DNA of 64,000 bases from Callorhinchus milii (taxonomy: Eukaryota): NCBI RefSeq assembly GCF_018977255.1, contig NW_024704742.1, positions 97,094,001 through 97,158,000 of the forward strand, given 5' to 3'. Under the pieces are notes generated by a model. That model was not told where the DNA came from, ran no database searches, and saw only the letters and a list, made by a program, of their open reading frames with translations. The translations under genes were made by a program, and so were the position numbers. Numbering within the stretch: position 1 is the first letter of the stretch; the number at the start of each line of letters is the position of its first letter. Shown in pieces: positions 26,380 through 40,230 of this stretch.

Positions 26380-29300
26380 TCAGTTACATTCAAAACAAGA
26401 TGTAAATGGCATGTTACAAGTTGTTCACACAGAAATTTACATTCAATCCAGAATGAAAATATTTTGGTAAGTATGCAAAATCAACATGAAGCAATCATTT
26501 ATGACTGACCTGAGAAAAAACTGTCCCTTACAGTTAACATATTTAATAGCTTAAGCAATATTAAGATGAATGCATGTGTAATGCATTTTTTTAATAGTTT
26601 ATACTACTGAAGGTTGCAACATTCCATCTTTGTACCATATCCATGCAGGCATGCAACGCGCTACTAGTGAGAAGCACAATATGATTACATCTCCAGTATA
26701 CTTCAAAGGTTCACATTTCAAAAAATGAATACTTAAAAGGCACCACTGGTGCAGTACAAAATAAGGTAAAGCAGCTACATTTTTACTAAAATATGAGAGA
26801 AGTGGTCATTTCTGATATTTACCCGACTGTCTTGAAATAGAATGAAGCATTTGTCCAACTCATAAATCTCCCATTATTATTAAACAACAGTGCTTCAACC
26901 TATCACTAAGTACAATTGTATATCAAGAATTCTGCCAGAATTCTCTTTAAATGTACCTTTTATTTTGTATTTTATACATCGGATCAGGTTAATTAATTTT
27001 GGCCTATTTATTATGATTTGTAATTTAGGTGAATCTCAATAGCAAATCATATTAATGTTACAGAAATTGCCTTATTTTGAAATCAAATTTAGTCTTCACC
27101 AAAACATTGTTTAAATTTGTAACAAAATTTTCACTGAAGTTGGATGTTTTTACTTGTATTATCATTTACCATGCAAATATTCTTTTCAAGTTATGCTTGT
27201 AAGATTCTACATAGGGGCAAACAGCAGCTAAATTCAAAGATAGGCATCCTCAATTTTCTTCAACCTACAGATAAAACTCAGTTTTACATCATTTTATTTT
27301 TCAGGGGGAAAATAAAGTTGGAGTAAAATTATGAAAAATCATGAACTATGTGGATTTATAGCTGGTTTGAGTATCTTACATAATAGTTACTTAATTTATA
27401 AATTATATGCTCGAAAAAAACCCTTAAACTTTGAAGCAAAAAATATTAAACCGTTACAATAAAGCCTTTAAAATATACAAATACAGATTGGTGTTCAAAA
27501 CACATTTTCATAAACAGTGACATCACAAAATATTTTATGGATCATGGTATGATTGTAATAAACAGGAGTAGACAATGCAATCAATTGCATGCTTTGACTT
27601 GGTGAAGAATACAAGTTACTTTTGTCTTTCCTTACGTCTTCTTCCGCATCCCCAAACTCGTGAACCACACTCAAGTCTTCAGTCGGCCATCTACTCTGAT
27701 GAACTTTGTAGGTATTTCATTATCTACTACCAGATGATTAACAGCAGGTGGAATTACCTTTCCTCCCTGTCTTCAAAGAACATTCCCCCCCACCCCCCCA
27801 TTCAAGATTAGGAATTCAAAATATGGAAAACTGCAGGTAGTTATTACATTATTACACAATGAAAAACGGTCAGACCATTTCCACTATCCAATTAAGAATG
27901 TAGCTACCATTTCATTGTTAACAACTGGAGCTTTACTCGTGGTCAGGACTTAACTGAATCCATAAATTCTCCTGTCCACACCAAAGTGACCACCCACAGG
28001 TAGTATGAATTGTATTCCAGCAAAATACGTGTTTTTAAATATGTTCCTATACTCTATTACAACTGGGGATCCAATTAAATGTTTCTTTACCTATCTCTGG
28101 GAGAACTTATACTGGATAATGGAGTATTCTTAGCAACAATACATCAATATTAAAGCTAGCCAGTTCAATTACCATGATGTCAATATATAAACAAAGGCTG
28201 AGCTGCACATCATTCTGGCACCAAGATCTATATTGCTTATCAATATGCTCAACTGTAATTCCATTTTTGAGGGTGAATTTGAATAAAGTGCTTTCCATGA
28301 AGCAGTAGTATTGGCAGATTCAGCAGAGATGAAATGCGTGCATTCAATACAGCACCTTATCACATCAAAACATCTCAAAGTGCTTTACATAGTACAATTT
28401 ACACAAAAAACTAACTGTATTTTGGTGACTGCTTAGGCTTATCAGGATTTTAAAACAAATTGTTCACAAGCCTGTGAAGGGCTATGGAAAGATGGAGTTG
28501 AGCAGTTTAAAAAAAATGGTGCTCGAAGACAGTTATTCTTTTGCTTTAATACTTTGAGCTGAAAGATGTTATTCAAAAATTGTCTACTGTTCTGAAATAT
28601 TACATAAATGAACGAGAAGGCATTTTTTTAAAGAATTAGCAATTAGTTCTGTAAAAATGAGAGCTTCTCGAAAATTGCCATTGTATTTAATGAGCCGCAC
28701 ATTTGGAGGCAAAAGAGCCTAGTTATTACAATCTTTGCATTTAATATAGCGTCCTATCAAGTTGCCAAGATATCTCAAAAAGTGCTTCATGGGATGTACT
28801 GTAAAGTGGTGCAACTGTGTGTTTTCTGGGTGAATGCCAATTAGTTACTACACAAGATTTAGGAGTTATCTGCAATGTATCTCAACCGAAAAGTACAATA
28901 TGAATTCTTATTTGCATACATAATCTAAACTTACATTATATTTTGATCAACATAATCATTGTGAATAAATTTGTGTTCCTGTAACACTATTAATGAACAA
29001 GAACACAAGAGATGGCTTTGTATTAATTAAAATTAATTAGTTGCATGTGTGGTTATTTATATAACAAAACAGGTAAGGCAAAGAAAGTGACACTTCATTG
29101 GCATTAATACGGTTATGGGCAAATGCAGATTGCATCAATTTGCTGAATGATAGAGAATGCTTACATTCACAACAGAATATACTTGCGATGGATTCTGCAA
29201 CAAGTGCACTTCACGACAGGACTTGACACAGTTTGAAATATCCAGCAGTTAAGTTTTTTCAAACTGAAGATATTGCACAAGCTACCACATGTACTAATTT

Positions 29301-30285
29301 AGTGCACTGAATACTCAGAGCAAAAATTGCTTTTAAGTATACCTGTATACATTGTTTTAGAAATAACTGGACCTTCACAGAAATTTGGTGCGATAAGTTT
29401 TCTTACTTAACTGCAGATAAAATTCTCAAACAAAGTGACATTTAGACATATTGGCATATAGAATAGATAAGATTTTAATTTACTTAGAACAATGATCAAG
29501 TACGTGTTGTGTCATGCATAAGCAAATCTAGTAATGCATGATCAGAAACAGAATCGTTCAATGCTAAAGAGATTTGTTTATTTGCCTGTATTAGGAAATC
29601 GCTGGACTAAGCTGAACGTTCAGGTCACTGATCAGAAACAAGAAAATCTTGCTTCTCAAAGAAAATATTTCAACTCTTAAATACATCGAAAGAAATCAAA
29701 AATAAACAAAAACAGAACAAAAATGTCCCTTTGAAAAAGTGAAACTTCTGAATGTCTCACGTTGCATCATTAGAGATAAGATAATGTAAAAAAAAGGTCA
29801 CTCATCATCACTTGATCAATGGTGAACATTGACACTTCAAAGATATTTATTTGCGTGGCACTTGGTAGAGTGGTACTTTCCATTGTGAAGGCTTTAAAGG
29901 TGGAACTGAAAAATTATTTTGCCGTGAGGAGTAAACACTGTCTATTATTATTATTATTCAAAGGAAGCAATTCAATACAAGATTTCATTTTACACCAAAT
30001 CTAATACAAAAACAGAAAGGACGTGTAATGATCATTCACATATTAAAAGTTGCACACATTGGTCAAAAATCATATATGAGACGCAACTTTCACATTTCTT
30101 TACTAATTCAATAATCAGTAGGTCTTACATTTTAATCAGAATTTGCAGGCAAAAACAGACCAGGGATTCTGAGACCATTGTGTATATTATTGTATGTACA
30201 AGTACAAACATCTATATTATCAAAGTCTAACGTGAGTTAGTGCACATGATAGTTCTATGGAATTTGTAATATTTTCCAATACCAT

Positions 30286-30336
30286 TTATATCTGTGGAAG
30301 GCAATTTCTCACTTCTTCCAGCTTGTCCAGAACCCA
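30286..30336 (-). CDS. VPS13A: VPS13A last coding exon (human exon 73 equivalent, 51 nt)
   Basis: ttacttcctag|TGG; WVLDKLEEVRNCLPQI*. Confidence 0.88.
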   Translation of the reverse strand, partial: WVLDKLEEVRNCLPQI

Positions 30337-30370
30337 CTAGGAAGTAAGAATATCAAGAATATTAATTGAA

Positions 30371-30800
30371 ATAATAATAATTATTATCGCATTTGATATG
30401 TCCCACCTTTCACATCAGGAGGATGTCTCAAAGCGTTTCATAGGATATACTGTAAAGTGTAGTGACTGTGTATTTTGTAGACAAACTCAGCAGCCATGTG
30501 ACAGAGAGCAATGTCCCACAAACAGCCGTGAAGTGAATGACCCAATTTTATCTGGGGGATTCTTGGCCAGGGCACTGGGAGAAACTCCCTTCTTTTCAAA
30601 TTGTGCCACAGGACCTTTAACTCCACCGGAATGGCAGATGGGACTTTGGTTTAACATCTCACCTGAAAGATGGCATCACCAATAATGCAGCTCTCCACCA
30701 GCACTCTATTAGAATGTCATTCTCGTCTGAGTTCAAAATGGGGCTTAAACCCAGAGCCTTCTCGCTCACAGGCAAGAGCATTACCAACTGAGCTAAACAA
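30371..30800 (-). mobile_element. Deu-domain (AmnSINE1/SacSINE1-like) tRNA SINE; further degraded copies at about 1-290(-), 4875-5140(+), 5870-6065(+), 55500-55880(-)
   Basis: on -: tRNA head, ATGCCATCTTTCAGGTGAGATGTTAAACC...GGCACAATTTGAAAAGAAGGGAGTTTCTCCCAGTGCCCTGGCCAA, L2-like tail; resembles the Deu domain as recalled. Confidence 0.75.
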
Positions 30801-31387
30801 GCATCAAGTTCAAACTTGTATCAGATAGTGTACACGCATTCAAGAGGCTAGACCTTCACATGATGGAGAGGGCAATAGAAGGGTATGGGAAAGAGTAAGG
30901 AATGAAGACTCATGTGGAGTATAAACACTGGTATGGATATGTTTCTGTGCTCTACATTCTTTGTAAATCTTTCTAACATTTTGAGTCTGCTCATGTATAC
31001 ATAAACTAATGTCTTTAATTTGTCATTGCATGCTTTCGACCTATATCCACTCCCCACCTCATCCCACTGGCACTTGTTGAAATTCCTACAAGTTTCTGCA
31101 TTGAGTTCCACTTCATCTTTGGCAATTAACAAACTTAACTCACCCAGTCTGGTCATCTCTGATTTCAATGTATTCCTTTCCTCCCTCAATCTGAGCCCCC
31201 ACACAAACTCCCTGAACCCAATTCCATAGTTAACCTCCTGATGTAACACCTTTATACCATGGTCCTGTCCTCTGGAACACTCCTCTAAAATTAATTTTCC
31301 TTGCTACCTCTCTTCCTCCTTTTAAAAGTTAATGTTAGTATCTCCTAGGTACCCACCTTCAACCATACATTCGGCCACTTTTAAATG

Positions 31388-31757
31388 ATAATAACCCTCG
31401 CATTTGATACAGCGCTTTATCATGTCTTTGAGACGTCTCAAAGCACGTCAGAGAATATAATGTAAAGTTAATTGACTGTATATATTGTGGGCGAAACATG
31501 GCTGCCAATTGCACACAGCAGCGTCCCACAACCAGTCGTGGTTTGAAGTGACCAATTTATTATTATTTTTTTGAAAGAATTATTACCCCCGAAAAAGTGA
31601 TCCGCCAATTGACTAACAACTGGGTTCCTACTTACTGCTAGGTAAACTGAGGCGTGTGGAGTAAGGAAACTTGCCCATCATTTTGCCCTGCCGGGAATCG
31701 AACCCAGGTATCTCACTTGCGAGGCGAGTGCTCTAGCCACTGAGCTACAGGACTTCA
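31388..31757 (-). mobile_element. Same SINE, long variant with complete CORE-like segment
   Basis: head, GGGCAAGTTTCCTTACTCCACACGCCTCAGTTTACCTAGCAGTAAG, then tail. Confidence 0.88.
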
Positions 31758-32014
31758 AAATCCTTTTGCTTCTTGTTCAGTGTCTACTGTTGCCATTGTT
31801 AATTGCTATTTTTTTTGTATCTGGCAGAGTCTTGGTTTTCTTATACTTAATTTGGGTGTGCAGAATTTATTTATGTGTCTGACTCACTTAAGAGAGAGAA
31901 AAAGCAGGTAATACTTCTAAAGAAAGTTAGAGACGAACCCTAACCTTATTTGTGTTCTTGGCTTCACCACTCATAAATAATTTTACACATTAAACTCAAT
32001 AATGCAGTATTTAC

Positions 32015-32089
32015 CTTTGCGTCACTTCCACATCTGAAATTGACTATTTTTCCACATTCTTTTGCGTGAAACACAGACTTGACACGCTC
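32015..32089 (-). CDS. VPS13A: VPS13A exon 72 equivalent (75 nt), PH-like domain
   Basis: ERVKSVFHAKECGKIVNFRCGSDAK; ag/gtaa boundaries. Confidence 0.95.
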
Positions 32090-32704
32090 CTTTAAGAAAT
32101 TATACAGAATGTTAGTTTAGAATCAGTTGAAAAATAATTTATTACATTCAATTTACCAACAGTGATAAATTAATCTGGGTAATATTTTTCCAAGTAAAAT
32201 TACTAGCAAAAATTGCTGTTGGAGCTTTTTACAAAAAATATAAAATAATAAAATCATAATGTAAAATAGTAGAGGTAAAATCTGTGACATAACAAATTGA
32301 AGTCAATTTACATAATCCTTGCTTTCTGATTATTTTAACTATGTATATTGCTAAAAATAAATACTTTATTCTATATTCTCGTCACTTACTTTGGCCTCAA
32401 TACCAAACCTTATAATAACTAAAGACAACCCAAGTTGCTGCTCATTGACAGATCAGTTAAGATATGCCTCTTAAATAACTCAAATAGATGAAAACAAATC
32501 ACAATTAGGAATAAAAAAAGGCAATGATTTAGGGTTATGTTTAGACTTATGCACAGGTTGGATATTGGAAGTTATTCTACCACATTCAACAAACAAAATG
32601 GACTTATATATAACTAGACAACAATTGTATTACATTTAGCAAATTGATCAGAATAACCTTCCCATGAACTGAAATAAAGTGGTTTTGTACTTATTCTATT
32701 GAAA

Positions 32705-33541
32705 TATGGAATTGGCAGATGGAATATAATGTGGGAAAGTGTGAAGTTATTCACCTAGGGAGTAAAAACAGAAAAGCAGATTATTTTCCAGAAGGGGAGA
32801 CTAGATAGTGTCAGTGTTCAGAGGGATTTGGGTGTCCTTGTACACCAGTCATAAAAAGTTAGTATGCAGGTACAGTAAGCAACTAGGAAGGCTGATGGCA
32901 TGTTGGCGCTTATTGCAAAAGGGTTAGAATACAAGAGTAGGGAAATCTTGCTGCAACTGCATAGGGCCTTGGTGAGACCGTATCTGGAATATTGTTTGCA
33001 GTTTTGGTCTCCTTACTTAAGAAAGGACATACTCGCCTTAGAGGGGTGCAGCGTAGATCCACTAGGTTGGTTCCTGGGATGAGGGGGTTGACCTATGAGG
33101 AAAAGTTGAGTAAACTAGGCCTATATTCTCTAGAATATAGAAGAATTAGGGGTGATTTTATAGAAGCATACAAGATTCTTTTGGGGCTTGACAGAGTAGA
33201 CAGTGCAAGACTATTTCCCCTGGTAGGAGAATCTAGAACTAGGGGTCACAGTCTTAAGATTAAGGGTCAACCCTTTCGAACAGAGTTGAGGAAACCCTTC
33301 TTCATTCAGAGGGTAGTGAATTTATGGAATTCTCTACCCCAGAAGGCTGTAGATGCTCAGTCCTTGAACATATTCAAGACTGAGATTGATAGGTTTCTAA
33401 AGGATAGAGGGATTAAGGGATATGGTGATAAGGTGGGCAGATGGAGTTAGGTTAGAAGATCAGCCATGATCTCATTGAATGGCAGGGCAGGCTTGAGGGG
33501 CTGAATGGCCTACTCCTGCTCCTAAATCCTATGTTCCTATA
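32705..33541 (+). mobile_element. CR1 LINE 3' portion
   Basis: LVRPYLEYCLQFWSP, LYSLEYRRIRGD and RVVNLWNSLP peptides; 3' end gaatggcctactcctgctcct followed by cctatgttcctat. Confidence 0.93.
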
Positions 33542-33761
33542 TCTTACAACTTTTATTTCAACATTTTCCATTCCTGAACCAATCACCAAAGACTATTCTG
33601 AAATTACTGTTAGAACTTTTTACTAAAAGCAAAATCTGTAATAAAACAAGTAGATTTATTCCAGTCAATTTACACCACATTTTCCTTTCTTGTTATTTTA
33701 ACTTTATATATTACTGAAAAGACATACGATTAGAAATAACTGCTTTATCTTTGTCAATTAC

Positions 33762-33885
33762 CTTGGCCTCAATACGCAATCTTCTTTCCAAAACAATGAA
33801 AGGCTTCTTAGTAAATTCCTCAAAGCTGTACTGCCACTCACAGGTTAACTGCCCAAATGTTCCTTTTGTTACAAAAAAGACACCA
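33762..33885 (-). CDS. VPS13A: VPS13A exon 71 equivalent (124 nt), PH-like domain
   Basis: (S)GVFFVTKGTFGQLTCEWQYSFEEFTKKPFIVLERRLRIEAK. Confidence 0.96.
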
Positions 33886-34054
33886 CTGGAAAAATAAACA
33901 GAATAAATACAAAACATTTAAGAGATGGGACAGAACTATTAAGCACAATTTTGTTTAATCTTTTCAGTAATTATAGATATTCAAATAATAGCCAATAACA
34001 TTTCATTACCAGGACATTTCTGTAATTTGCTTTCTAAATTCACTGAAATCTTAC

Positions 34055-34140
34055 CTTTTTGTAATCATGAACAAATCTGAATCATTAACCTTTTTATGGG
34101 CGAAGTACTTGTACTTGGCAAACCTGCCATTTTCAATTTT
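34055..34140 (-). CDS. VPS13A: VPS13A exon 70 equivalent (86 nt)
   Basis: ttgttttag|AAA; KIENGRFAKYKYFAHKKVNDSDLFMITK; gtaag donor. Confidence 0.95.
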
Positions 34141-36739
34141 CTAAAACAAAAGACAAAATGTTAAAATATATGTTGAAATAAACTATTTCCCCTTCAGCTG
34201 CATTTTAAAATTTTAACATTTTAAAAACACATATTGCATTAGAAACACAAGAAAGTTTACACCACACAAGTTAAAGTCTACTCCACACGACCAGTACAAA
34301 GTGATTAACAGATTTGTCTTTAAAACCTTAAACCTGCTTGGCTTAGATTTGTTTTACCACTTTGCCTCAACAAACAAATGAAGAATTGATGATACAGGTT
34401 CTGATAGTATTTTTGTTCTCATAGTGACGCAAAGCACTAGTGAAGTCTGCTTACTCAGGTGGAAGCAACTCTTGTTATATGATTACACAAAGCAAAAATG
34501 GAGCAAATCTCATATCTAGGAACAAATCGTGCCCCTAGGTGAAAGAGGCAATATGAAATTGAGTACCTCAATGGTTATATTGACCAGATTTCAGCCTTAA
34601 ATCATAAAAATTCTTTCTTCGGATGAAGAGAAAACAGTTACTTCTGTATGGAAGGTATGTTTAAAGCTGATACCAATGTAGAAACACCAATGATGGATCC
34701 TTGTTTCTTTGACCATCCTTTCTAAAGGAGGCACCATGCTCTAAAATCTACTAGAATAATGATTGAGCTTGTTAACATTCTTAAAAATAAGCAGATACAT
34801 ATTTGTAGAAAAAAAACTGCATTTTTCTTTAGCTGATCCTGGCAATGATACCAGGAAGGATTTTAGTACATTGGACAAATATTAAACCCCAAATTGCAAG
34901 AGATTTGTAATACTTAATGTAGCCCAAGTATTGGATAATTGAATCTGCTTTTGATATAATGTCAAAAAATGCACTAGATCCAGTTTGTTTAATACTGGAT
35001 TTTCTATATCACATTACACATCAGCTGAAAGAAGAAGCTCATTTTGCAGACTATGTTCAGTATGTATTTTCTATTATACAGCTTTCAACAAGCATGTATC
35101 TAACTCCTGTTTGATATTAAAAGAAAATTTCCTAAGAACAAAGAAGCTTTAGTTGTACTAAGGTTACGAGTAACACAAATAATTGCACCATACCAACATA
35201 CTATTTTCAGCAGATATGAGTACTGCAAAGCTAATCAACAGAAGTAACCCGAATGTTACCTGAAGTATTTCTATATATACATTTTTTTAAAACTTAAAAG
35301 CTCATATCTAGATATGTACTACTCTGATAACAAATGTTAACTTGTTGCATCTAGTTAACTGCAGAAGGCACATTATCACAGTGGAATACTTTTAGTGATA
35401 CACAATGTACTTTGATGTTTACCAAGGATTACTGGCAACAACTTATACTGCAACATATTTTTATTTCCTGAATTATGTACTCCTGAAGGTAAGGTACTTA
35501 TAATGGCACAAAATGAACACTCATTTTACACACCGATTATCATTATCAATCACTCCCAGATCAAGTACAGCACAGTAAAATAACCAATACTCTGCCCCTC
35601 TTTAATCTGCCCCAGAAATGTCCACCAGCCCCAATTTATTAAGAGCTACCACTACAGGAAAATGACAATTTTCAACAAATTATTCCAATCCATGCTAAAT
35701 TCAGGATAATTTTACACCGAGTCCATGCTCATTAAAAACAGGATTGATCTTGCCCAAGTTAACCTGCAATTCCAATAAGCTTTTCTCTGCTGAATTGCTT
35801 TTATACTGGTGGAACTCTGAGCCAAAATTGTAATTACATTAGAAAACAACCTAGATATGTCCCTAATGTTCTGGGAGTTGAGTAAATTTACCAATTTATC
35901 CAATAATACATTGGTTTTATTGTGAATCCCTCTATTTTGAATATGGGCCTACGGTGAATAGTTTAACTCAGGATGTAATCTACTTGATCCATGCCTCATT
36001 GATTTTAGGATTAACACAGAAAACTAATTCATTGGATACTTGGTGACATTACTGTAATGCGATGAAGCATTGGCATTATTGGGTGGATGATCCAACAGAG
36101 ACAAATCTGACACTTTTCACAAGGAGTATGAGGGCTAGTTCTCAAAAAAAGTGGTTAAGTTGTGGAAGGAGCACTATTATGCTTTAAACCAGTGTTTTGT
36201 TTTACTTTGAATGCAACATAAAGAATCACTCCTTATCACTTCTCCAATAAAATGAATGACTTTTCTCAAGATATCAGGTTTCTTTTAAATAAAAGGCAAA
36301 TCTCAATATTTCTAAGATTGAGGCATCTTTCTGGAGTAGCTCTTTCTCAATTCCACTCCTTGGTTCTATGACACTTAGAATTATTGTATGTATTTCATCC
36401 TAATTTATTTTGTGCCTGGAAGTTTCACTCTCTGGGAGTAATTTTTCTTAGCTGGCTTCCTAGAGTTGAATTTGTAACCAGTGATAAAGGGAAAATAAAT
36501 TTGATTGATGCTTGCAACATTTCACTCTATATTTAGCAAGCATATTACCTCCCATCATGATTGGCCACTAAATTCCTATTATCTTGCTACCAGGGAAACC
36601 CAATTTTGGGATTGAGATGGGTAACAATAATGTATCCAAGTCAATCAAGTACGATCATAGTCATGAGACTTTGTGTTCCGGTCAAAATTGAATTATTATA
36701 AAGCTATGCTTTGATTCCAAAAAAATTCATTGTCTGCAA

Positions 36740-37750
36740 CAAAATTACAGTTGTATAGCACCTTTCACGTTGGGAGGACATCCCAAGGCGCTGAACAGAC
36801 AAGAGTTTCGGACCGAGCCGGGGAGTGTGGAGGGCAGGGGGGGAAAAGCAGGGAGTTCGAAAGCAAGGTTGAAGAGGAGGGTCTTGAGATGGGTTGTGAA
36901 GGAGGCAAGGGAGGGGGTGAGGCGAGGGACTGTGGGATGGAGTTCCAGAGGGTGGGGGCAAAGTGGCAGAAGGCCCACCCGCCAATAGTGGGGTAGGCGA
37001 GGCGGGGGATGTGAAGCAGGCTGGAGCTCGTTGAGTATAGGGAGCGGGCAGGATGGTAGGGGGTAAGGAGGTCGCAGAGGTAGGGGGGAACAAGACCATG
37101 GAGGGCTTTGAAGGTGAGGACCAGGATCTTGGACTGTATCACCACTGTGTGGAGTCCTGTAGCTCAGTGGTTAGAACACTCGCTTTGCAAGCGAGAGACC
37201 TGAGCTCAATTCCAGGCAGGGCGAAACCTTGGGCAAGTTTCCTTACTCCATACGCCTAATAATTCTGTGCGCAATTGGCTGCCGCGTTCGCCCACAAATA
37301 TAGTCAATTCACTTTACAGTATATTCTGTGAAGCACTTTGGGACGTCTAGAAGACGTGAAAAGCGCTATATCAAATACAAGGATTATTATTATTATTAAT
37401 AATCCCTCCAAAACAAAATAATAAATGGGTCATTTTCAATCTGTTTGTGGGACATTGCTGGGCGCAATTGGCTGCTGCGTTCGCCCACAAATATACAGTC
37501 GATTCACTTTACAGTATATTCTATGAAGCGCTTTGAGACGTCTAGAAGATGTGAAAAGCACTATATCAAATGCAAGGATAATTATTATTATATCCTCTGT
37601 GTGATGGGAAGCCAGTGGAGTTGGGCAAGGCTGGGGGTGATAGGGTCGCGGAGCCTAGTACAGAGCTCTGAATGATCTGCAGCCTGTGGAGGGAGTTGGG
37701 AGGGCAACAAGCAATGAGTTTGCATAGTCGAGCCTTGATGCATACTGACG
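36740..37750 (-). mobile_element. L2 LINE 3' fragment interrupted by a SINE
   Basis: KILVLTFKALHGLVPPYL peptide; L2 sequence resumes at about 37590. Confidence 0.88.
37151..37590 (+). mobile_element. SINE with tandemly duplicated 3' half, inside L2
   Basis: one tRNA head and two consecutive body-plus-(TTA)n tails. Confidence 0.88.
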
Positions 37751-39734
37751 ACTGTAATTTTGTGAAGTGCTTTTCAACTGATTTGCTGAATTGCTGCCAA
37801 GACCAAATAACAAATTGGCGCTGTCGTCAGCAGCAATCTGAATTAAATGGTGTTCTTGTAAAAAGATCTATTCTCAGTCACATAGAAGTTAACCCAGATC
37901 GCATTTTTTGTGCAACAAGTTTTCTTCCCTTATAAAAGGTGGCAACTTGAGCTGGTATGGCCCCTTGGATTGGTTTCTGCCAGTGTTTCACACAACAGTG
38001 AGCATCAAGAGGCTCTTCTACCACAGTGCTGCTGGTGTATATAATAATAACCCTTGCATTTGATATGGCACCTATCACATCATTGAAACGTCTCAAAGAG
38101 CTTCACAGAATATATTATAAAGTGGATTGACTGTACTTTGTGGGCAAAATACGGCAGCCAATTGCACACAGCAGTGTCCCATAAACAATGGTTGATTAAG
38201 CGACTTTTCTTTAAAGGGATTATTACTCCCAGAAAGCGATCTGCCAATCGACTAACAATCGCGTTCGTACTACTGCTATACGTATTCACAAGTGTAGAGT
38301 TTTGCCTCATATTGGATAAACTAAGAGCACTATTTAAGTGAGGAAATATTTAAAATATTTTATTCAGGTCGTCTTTATACCTAAACATCAATGCACAACC
38401 CTGGATACTAGTACTCAATAGTTGAATGGCCCAAATATAACATATTGAAGCAAATACTGTAATGTGTGTGCATGAAATTTATGTGTGGAATTTATCATTA
38501 TCAGAGTAGAATTTCTTTCTATTGTGCTCTGTTTTCAGTTATTTAATGGCTTTGCATCTGGATGAGTTGATTTTATAATTTACAGTAAACAAACATTTCG
38601 AACTAAATTGAATTGCTGAGCCCTCTTCCTTATTCAAATTTTATGAGGTAATCAACCAGTGTAACATTTGGAACCATGACTATTTCTGAAGTAGAGGTCG
38701 CAGAGAGGCTATGTCCAGCCTTCAGAAAACCTGGATGTTGAAGACATCAAATATCGTAAGAAGTGGGTCACGTTGGATTTTAATGAATGGTGTGGACTCA
38801 TTATCTTTATCCTTCTCTCTGCCAGTCAGTTTCCAAACTACATCCTCTGTACCTGACTGATGTCAAAGAAGACATATGATACCAAATTTAAACTGTGCAA
38901 TATTGTTAGTGTTTCTGATAAATTAATAGCTGCAAAGGCCTGGATACTATTATCCCAGAAGAGATGAGGAGCTCTCTTTAGCGCTCTGGGACGCTACCCC
39001 GCATGAAGGGCGCTATATAAATGTAAGTAGTTATTGTTTAGCTGTATATCTGGGGTCGGCGAAAGTCTAAGATTAAGCAACATAAAGAAAAATTAATGCG
39101 GTGGGAAGGCAAAGAGAGACACACACACACTCTGTCTAAGACAAGGTGAATTAAAAGGGGAGGAAGCTACTCTTTAACCCCGCAGAATCTTGCCTGAAAT
39201 ACAAGGCTCAGTGGTAACCAAACTAATGGGTAAAAAGGTATCAAACGAGTGTCTGTGCCGAAACATGCAATATCCATAGACACAATTTGCTTAGAGTAGG
39301 TGTATTGGACCCTCAAGTTCTAAAGAAAGAGTGAGTCATCAATACTTGGCATTACAAAGGGATGACAATCATCAGTACCAACCTGCTTAAGTTAATTTAA
39401 ATCAGTTGATGTACTAGTAGGAGCTCCACTACTTTCAACTAAAATATAGTGATAGGTTCACAAAGGAATGACGACAATCAGACTCAGTAATTGTCATCAG
39501 ACTCAGTGATTGCTAAACAGTTACTTCTGGAACATGGTCCTCACTATTACTAGTTATCAAACTAGCCTTCTGTGCAACAGCCAGTGCTGACTCACCATGG
39601 AGCCATTTTTCAGGATCTGTTGTTGATTGGCCAGTGCCGTTTAAGATTTTGGTGATTGAAATGAGAATCATCAGTAAAACTTAATGGAATAAAATACATT
39701 ATTAACTCTGAAAAAGAGAGGTTAAAAATACCAC

Positions 39735-40230
39735 AATAATTTACATTGACATGGCACCTTTGTCAGGACATCTCAAAGCGTTTCACACAGGTTACTGCAG
39801 CCAGTTTGGTGGTGATGCTGGGTGAAGGCCCAGAGGAAAGCGTCTGAAAGTGCTGTTGGGTTTTAAAATGGGCTTAAAGGTGGGAGGAGAGGAGCAAAGG
39901 GGAGTAACTCTGTGATGGAGTTCCAAGGAGTGCTAAGAAATTTTTGGAGTTCCAAGAATGCTTGAAATTCCAATAAGCAGACGGCTGAAAGCTCATCCAC
40001 TGATTGGGGTATATTGGATGGAGACAAACCGGTGGCAGCTGAGCAGCCACATGCAGAGTTAGTATTGTGCAAGGCCATGGAGGGATTTGAACATGAGGAG
40101 AAGGATCTTTTGAGTTTGATTGGCTGGGGGATATGAAGCTAGTGAGGATGGCAGTGATAGATGTGGAGTCTAGTGCAAGAGAAGACATGGGCTACAGAGT
40201 TCTCGATAGTCTGCAGCCTGAGGAGAGAGG
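39735..40230 (-). mobile_element. Old L2 3' fragment
   Basis: degenerate L2 tail and residual similarity to the other copies. Confidence 0.6.
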
